From an uncultured Alphaproteobacteria bacterium (GTDB lineage: Bacteria > Pseudomonadota > Alphaproteobacteria > Rs-D84 > CACZYB01), in the NCBI GenBank assembly GCA_944392955.1, contig CALXYK010000004.1, positions 3,419-67,418 of the forward strand: DNA of 64,000 nucleotides. Direction: 5' to 3'. Below the pieces are notes generated by a model. The model was given only the letters and a program-made list of their open reading frames with translations, did no database searches and was not told where the DNA came from. Every line of letters starts with the position of its first letter. Within the stretch, counting starts at the first letter, position 1. The translations under genes were made by a program, and so were the position numbers. Positions 60,197 to 64,000 of the stretch are shown here, in pieces.

Positions 60197-60436
60197 ATGC
60201 CAACAAAAACCACTACTGAAATAAACGAACTTGATGAACTAAATGACTTCGCAAACAAGTTAAGTTCTATTCCTGAACCACGAATAAAACGATATACCCA
60301 ACGTCCCATTAAAAAATCTCCAAAATCTGAGGATATAAAGGATGGAACAAAAAAAATAGAACAAAAAATCAAAGAAATAAATCATCATTCTAATATAATG
60401 GAATTGGCAAAAAATAAAACATCTGGAAAATTTTAA
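60197..60436 (+). CDS. hypothetical small basic protein
   Basis: 79-aa ORF. No motifs. Weak call. Confidence 0.25.
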   Translation: MPTKTTTEINELDELNDFANKLSSIPEPRIKRYTQRPIKKSPKSEDIKDGTKKIEQKIKEINHHSNIMELAKNKTSGKF

Positions 60437-60507
60437 AAAGATATAAAAAATAACTTGATAAACCAAAGAAAATAAAATAACATTTACTCCATCTTAACGG
60501 AGGAATT

Positions 60508-61146
60508 GTGAAAAAAGTATTCTTATTATTTTTAGTATTGTTTACAGCAAATATAAATTTTGCAAGTGTTTCTTATGCTCAAAATAACTTTGATAACAAA
60601 TTATTAAAAGATATTGAAACATATGTAAATTCTCTACAAAAAATTAGTGGAACTTTTGAACAATATTCATCAAATGGCGCCGAAGATTCTGGAAAATTTT
60701 ACATAAACAAACCTGGTAAAATGAGATTGGAATACAAAAGCCCTATACTATTGGTTGCAGATGGAAATTCAATAGTCTACGAAGATAAAAAATTAAATCA
60801 AATCTCATATATATCAATGGATTCCAACCCTGCATCAATAATACTAAATGGCAATATAACATTAACTGGAAATAACCCTTCTGTAAAAATAAAAAACATA
60901 GAATATAAGGACTCTATCATAGAATTAACCCTTACCACACCAAACGAAAAACAATCTGGTATAATCACATTGATATTTGAAAATTCACCTCTTTCACTTA
61001 TAGGATGGAGGGTAAAGGATGCTCAGGGCATAACTACAAATATCACACTTTCTAACATTAAACCCGAAAGCAGTTTTGATAATAACCTTTTTAAAATAAC
61101 ACGAAAAGGTGTCGGTTCAAAAAAATCCAAAAGCAAATACTACTAA
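60508..61146 (+). CDS. lolA: outer-membrane lipoprotein carrier protein LolA
   Basis: GTG start with a GGAGG ribosome-binding site. Signal peptide. LolA pattern ISGTFEQ...GKFYINKPGKMRLEY. Confidence 0.75.
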   Translation: MKKVFLLFLVLFTANINFASVSYAQNNFDNKLLKDIETYVNSLQKISGTFEQYSSNGAEDSGKFYINKPGKMRLEYKSPILLVADGNSIVYEDKKLNQISYISMDSNPASIILNGNITLTGNNPSVKIKNIEYKDSIIELTLTTPNEKQSGIITLIFENSPLSLIGWRVKDAQGITTNITLSNIKPESSFDNNLFKITRKGVGSKKSKSKYY

Positions 61147-61147
61147 T

Positions 61148-61561
61148 ATGAAAAAAGACATAACAAACAAAAAAGACACAATAAAATTTGCAAAAGATTT
61201 CATAAAAAATATAAAAGTGGGAAAACCCATATTGCTTTATGGAACACTTGGAACTGGAAAAACATTTTTTGCATCAGAAATAATAAAAACATTAACAAAT
61301 ACAACCGCCCCTATCCAAAGCCCTACATTTTCAATTTTACAAACATATCCTTCACCTTACGGGGAAATATATCATTACGATTTATATAGGATAAAAGATT
61401 CAGACGAATTATTTGAACTTGATATTGATAATGCACTAACTAATAAAATCACAATAATAGAATGGCCTGAGATAATAGAAGATTATATAAAAACTAATTA
61501 TGAATATATTGCATTACATTTCTCATTAAATAATAATTCTAGATTTATAGAAACAAAGTAA
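61148..61561 (+). CDS. tsaE: tRNA threonylcarbamoyladenosine biosynthesis protein TsaE
   Basis: P-loop ILLYGTLGTGKTFF. HYDLYR motif. Start trimmed to the internal Met. Confidence 0.8.
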   Translation: MKKDITNKKDTIKFAKDFIKNIKVGKPILLYGTLGTGKTFFASEIIKTLTNTTAPIQSPTFSILQTYPSPYGEIYHYDLYRIKDSDELFELDIDNALTNKITIIEWPEIIEDYIKTNYEYIALHFSLNNNSRFIETK

Positions 61562-61700
61562 AATTTCCTATAATTATACTAAATAAATTATCAATTTATA
61601 CTTATAAAAATTTCTTGTTTTAATAATCATTTAATATATACTAATAATATAGATTAAAAATATTTTCAACTATTACTAGAATTGTTTTAAAGGGGGGAAA

Positions 61701-62759
61701 ATGGAAAACCAGGGAAATAACAATACTCATTTATTAAAAGAAATTCCTCTAACATTAACTATTTCAAAACAACTTAAAACAACACCTAATACAAAATTTT
61801 TCATATACATTCCAAATTATACAGAAATAGAACTTTCCCAAGGAAAAAATTTTGAAAATGGATTCTGGTCTTTAACTCAAAAATTATTCAAAACCACAAG
61901 TTTTATAATAAAAAATAATTTAACATTTTTTCAATTCCTATTTATCCATAAAAACAATTCCGAAGAAGAAATAGTAAGTAACGTATACTATAAAAACAAA
62001 GAGTTTATAACAGGTCCTTTTATAACCGCGGATTATACAATAATAAATAAAACAACAATCAATTTACGCATAAAAAGTATAACAAATACACAAGATGTAA
62101 AATTTGAAATAGAGGGTATCCCAACCAATTCAACCTTATCAAAAGGCGAAGAAATAGACAACAACCTTTGGGAAATAGAAAACAAAGACAGCAAAAACAT
62201 AATGTTATCCCTTCCTGACAATTTACAAACGGAAAAATTAAATTTATCAATAACTGGTATCAATAAGACTCAACCATATTATAACACTACATTTAATCTA
62301 ATAATAAATCTAAAAGACAACATAAAACCTCATAAAACAAAGTATAAGGAAATAACAATCCCCACATTAAAAATACTAAAAAATTCAAAATTAAAATTTG
62401 ATAAGTATTTACTAACAATAAAAAATGTTCCAGAAAATTGCTGTATCCACGATGGTGTAAAAATAGAAAATAAATGGATAGTAAAAGATAACCACGAAAA
62501 AATAAAAATCAGAAATTTTGATACAAACATAAATGAAGTAAATATAACATTAGAATACATACTATTAAACAAAGACATTCCAACAATAGATAACCAATAT
62601 AGCAAAAAGATAAAATGCGATTTTACAGATGCAGAAATAAAAACAAAAAATTACACAAAATGTTTAATTTGCAAAAATTATAAAAAATGTAATTTGTTCA
62701 AAGATTTTATGAATTATATAGGAGATTCTACTATTTTAAGACACATAATTCACAAATAA
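61701..62759 (+). CDS. hypothetical Asn/Lys-rich protein
   Basis: 352-aa ORF with a GGGGGAAAATG ribosome-binding site. Cys-rich C-terminus (CLICKNYKKCNLF). No assignable domain. Confidence 0.4.
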   Translation: MENQGNNNTHLLKEIPLTLTISKQLKTTPNTKFFIYIPNYTEIELSQGKNFENGFWSLTQKLFKTTSFIIKNNLTFFQFLFIHKNNSEEEIVSNVYYKNKEFITGPFITADYTIINKTTINLRIKSITNTQDVKFEIEGIPTNSTLSKGEEIDNNLWEIENKDSKNIMLSLPDNLQTEKLNLSITGINKTQPYYNTTFNLIINLKDNIKPHKTKYKEITIPTLKILKNSKLKFDKYLLTIKNVPENCCIHDGVKIENKWIVKDNHEKIKIRNFDTNINEVNITLEYILLNKDIPTIDNQYSKKIKCDFTDAEIKTKNYTKCLICKNYKKCNLFKDFMNYIGDSTILRHIIHK

Positions 62760-62881
62760 AAAACCAATATAAAAATTTTTTTAAACTTTTCTTTTTTACA
62801 TCTATTATAACCATTTGTATTTACTATAAAATATCACATACAAACAAATAAAAAAAATATTTAAAAATAAGCCTTTTTTCC

Positions 62882-62910
62882 TTGCATTTAAAAGTTAATT
62901 TTGCTAGTAT
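62882..62910 (+). promoter_or_regulatory. candidate sigma70-type promoter for gyrA
   Basis: TTGCAT -35 box, 17-nt spacer and TAGTAT -10 box. Lies about 40 nt upstream of the gyrA ribosome-binding site. Confidence 0.35.
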
Positions 62911-62948
62911 CTTTCTATAAAATTTCAATATAAAAAAGGAGAAAAAAA

Positions 62949-64000
62949 TTGGATAATTATAACGAAAATCAAATACAAAAAACCGACAATGATAAAAGTA
63001 TAAAACTCGCTCCTATCGTTCATGAAATGCAAACATCATATCTTGATTATGCGATGAGTGTTATTATATCTCGTGCCCTTCCTGATGTAAGGGATGGTCT
63101 TAAACCAGTTCACCGAAGAATTATATATTCTATGAAGGAAAATGGTTTTGAATACGGTAAACCATTCAGAAAATCTGCTCGTGTAGTAGGTGATGTTATG
63201 GGTAAATATCACCCACACGGAGATGCTGCTATATACGATGCTATGGTAAGAATGAGTCAAGATTTCTCAATGGGTTTAACAATGGTTGACGGACAGGGAA
63301 ACTTCGGTTCCATGGATGGAGATAGTGCCGCAGCTATGCGTTATACAGAGGCTCGTATGTCAAAAGCCGCCGCTTATATGGTAGAAGACTTGGATAAAGA
63401 CACTGTAAATTGGCGACCAAACTATGATGAATCTACAAAGGAACCAGAAGTATTACCAGCAAGATTCCCAAACTTTTTAGTCAATGGAGGAAGTGGTATT
63501 GCCGTAGGTATGGCAACAAATGTTCCTACTCATAACTTAGGAGAAGTAATAGATGCATGTTGTGCAACAATTGATAATCCTAATATCAGTGTAGAAGATT
63601 TAATAAAATATGTCCCTGCACCTGATTTTCCAACCGGTGGTTTGATACTTGGACTTGCCGGTTCATACAGTGCATATACAACAGGTAGAGGTTCTATAAT
63701 CATAAGGGCAAAAACCCACTACGAAGAAATAAGAACAAAAACAGCAATAATAGTTGATGAAATACCATATCAGGTAAATAAAAAGGTAATGATTGAAAAA
63801 ATTGCTGAACTTGTAAAGGAAAAAAGAATAGAAGGTATTTCTGATATCCGCGATGAATCTTCTCGTCAAGGTGTTCGTGTAGTAATAGAATTGAAAAAAG
63901 ATGCAATCCCTGATGTTATCTTAAATCAACTATTCAAATATTCTCAACTTCAAATTTCTTTCGGTATCAACATGCTTGCGATAAATAAGGGGCGTCCAGG
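62949..64000 (+). CDS. gyrA: DNA gyrase subunit A, 5' partial (continues past the window end)
   Basis: TTG start 8 nt after AAGGAGA. Absent from the ORF track. The translation matches the GyrA N-terminus almost motif-for-motif: [57 protein letters not shown]. Confidence 0.9.
   Translation, partial: MDNYNENQIQKTDNDKSIKLAPIVHEMQTSYLDYAMSVIISRALPDVRDGLKPVHRRIIYSMKENGFEYGKPFRKSARVVGDVMGKYHPHGDAAIYDAMVRMSQDFSMGLTMVDGQGNFGSMDGDSAAAMRYTEARMSKAAAYMVEDLDKDTVNWRPNYDESTKEPEVLPARFPNFLVNGGSGIAVGMATNVPTHNLGEVIDACCATIDNPNISVEDLIKYVPAPDFPTGGLILGLAGSYSAYTTGRGSIIIRAKTHYEEIRTKTAIIVDEIPYQVNKKVMIEKIAELVKEKRIEGISDIRDESSRQGVRVVIELKKDAIPDVILNQLFKYSQLQISFGINMLAINKGRP

Overview
This 64-kb window comes from a very AT-rich bacterial chromosome, roughly 30% GC by eye. 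Gene content points to an alphaproteobacterium: a MipZ-type ParA ATPase, FtsZ with a long C-terminal linker, LptA/LptB, KdtA, LolA, TatA and FtsK. Protein composition is strongly Lys/Asn/Ile-biased, which suggests a host-associated Rickettsiales- or Holosporales-like lineage, but that is inference only.

The flanks (1-21 kb and 39-64 kb) are ordinary housekeeping:
- Left flank: trxB, prmC, rplY, an EpmA-like ligase, rpe, ftsQ-ftsA, rsmE, ligA, lptA/lptB, obg, hupB, rmuC, def-fmt-truA.
- Right flank: a MacAB-TolC-type efflux operon, efp, kdtA with a DUF374 acyltransferase, mscS, a SPOR protein, tatA, ftsK, lolA, tsaE, and the 5' end of gyrA. gyrA has a TTG start and is absent from the ORF track.

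The centre (about 21.3-39.2 kb) is an accessory block built around a T7-like (podovirus/Autographiviridae-type) structural gene set: scaffold gp9-like, capsid gp10-like, tail tubular A and B (gp11/gp12-like), portal gp8-like and large terminase gp19-like. The set is incomplete and rearranged:
- The large-terminase gene is split into an N-terminal ATPase ORF (30352-30951) and a C-terminal nuclease ORF (22751-23632).
- Both halves are on the same strand, 6.7 kb apart.
- The portal gene abuts the C-terminal half instead of the scaffold gene.
- The cell's ftsZ, two signal-peptide proteins, tRNA-Phe and an 820-bp repeat- and hairpin-rich non-coding stretch lie between the terminase halves.
- A histone-H1-like Lys/Ala-repeat protein and a 4-TM membrane protein sit inside the capsid module.
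- A TraT homologue (the conjugative-plasmid surface-exclusion lipoprotein) and a truncated OmpR-like regulator flank the block.

Other notable items:
- An ABC-exporter-like protein whose Walker A, signature, Walker B and H-loop motifs are all degenerate occupies the position downstream of ftsA where ftsZ normally lies.
- A polyacidic tandem-repeat LysM protein.

All homology statements are from manual reading and memory of reference proteins; no database search was run.
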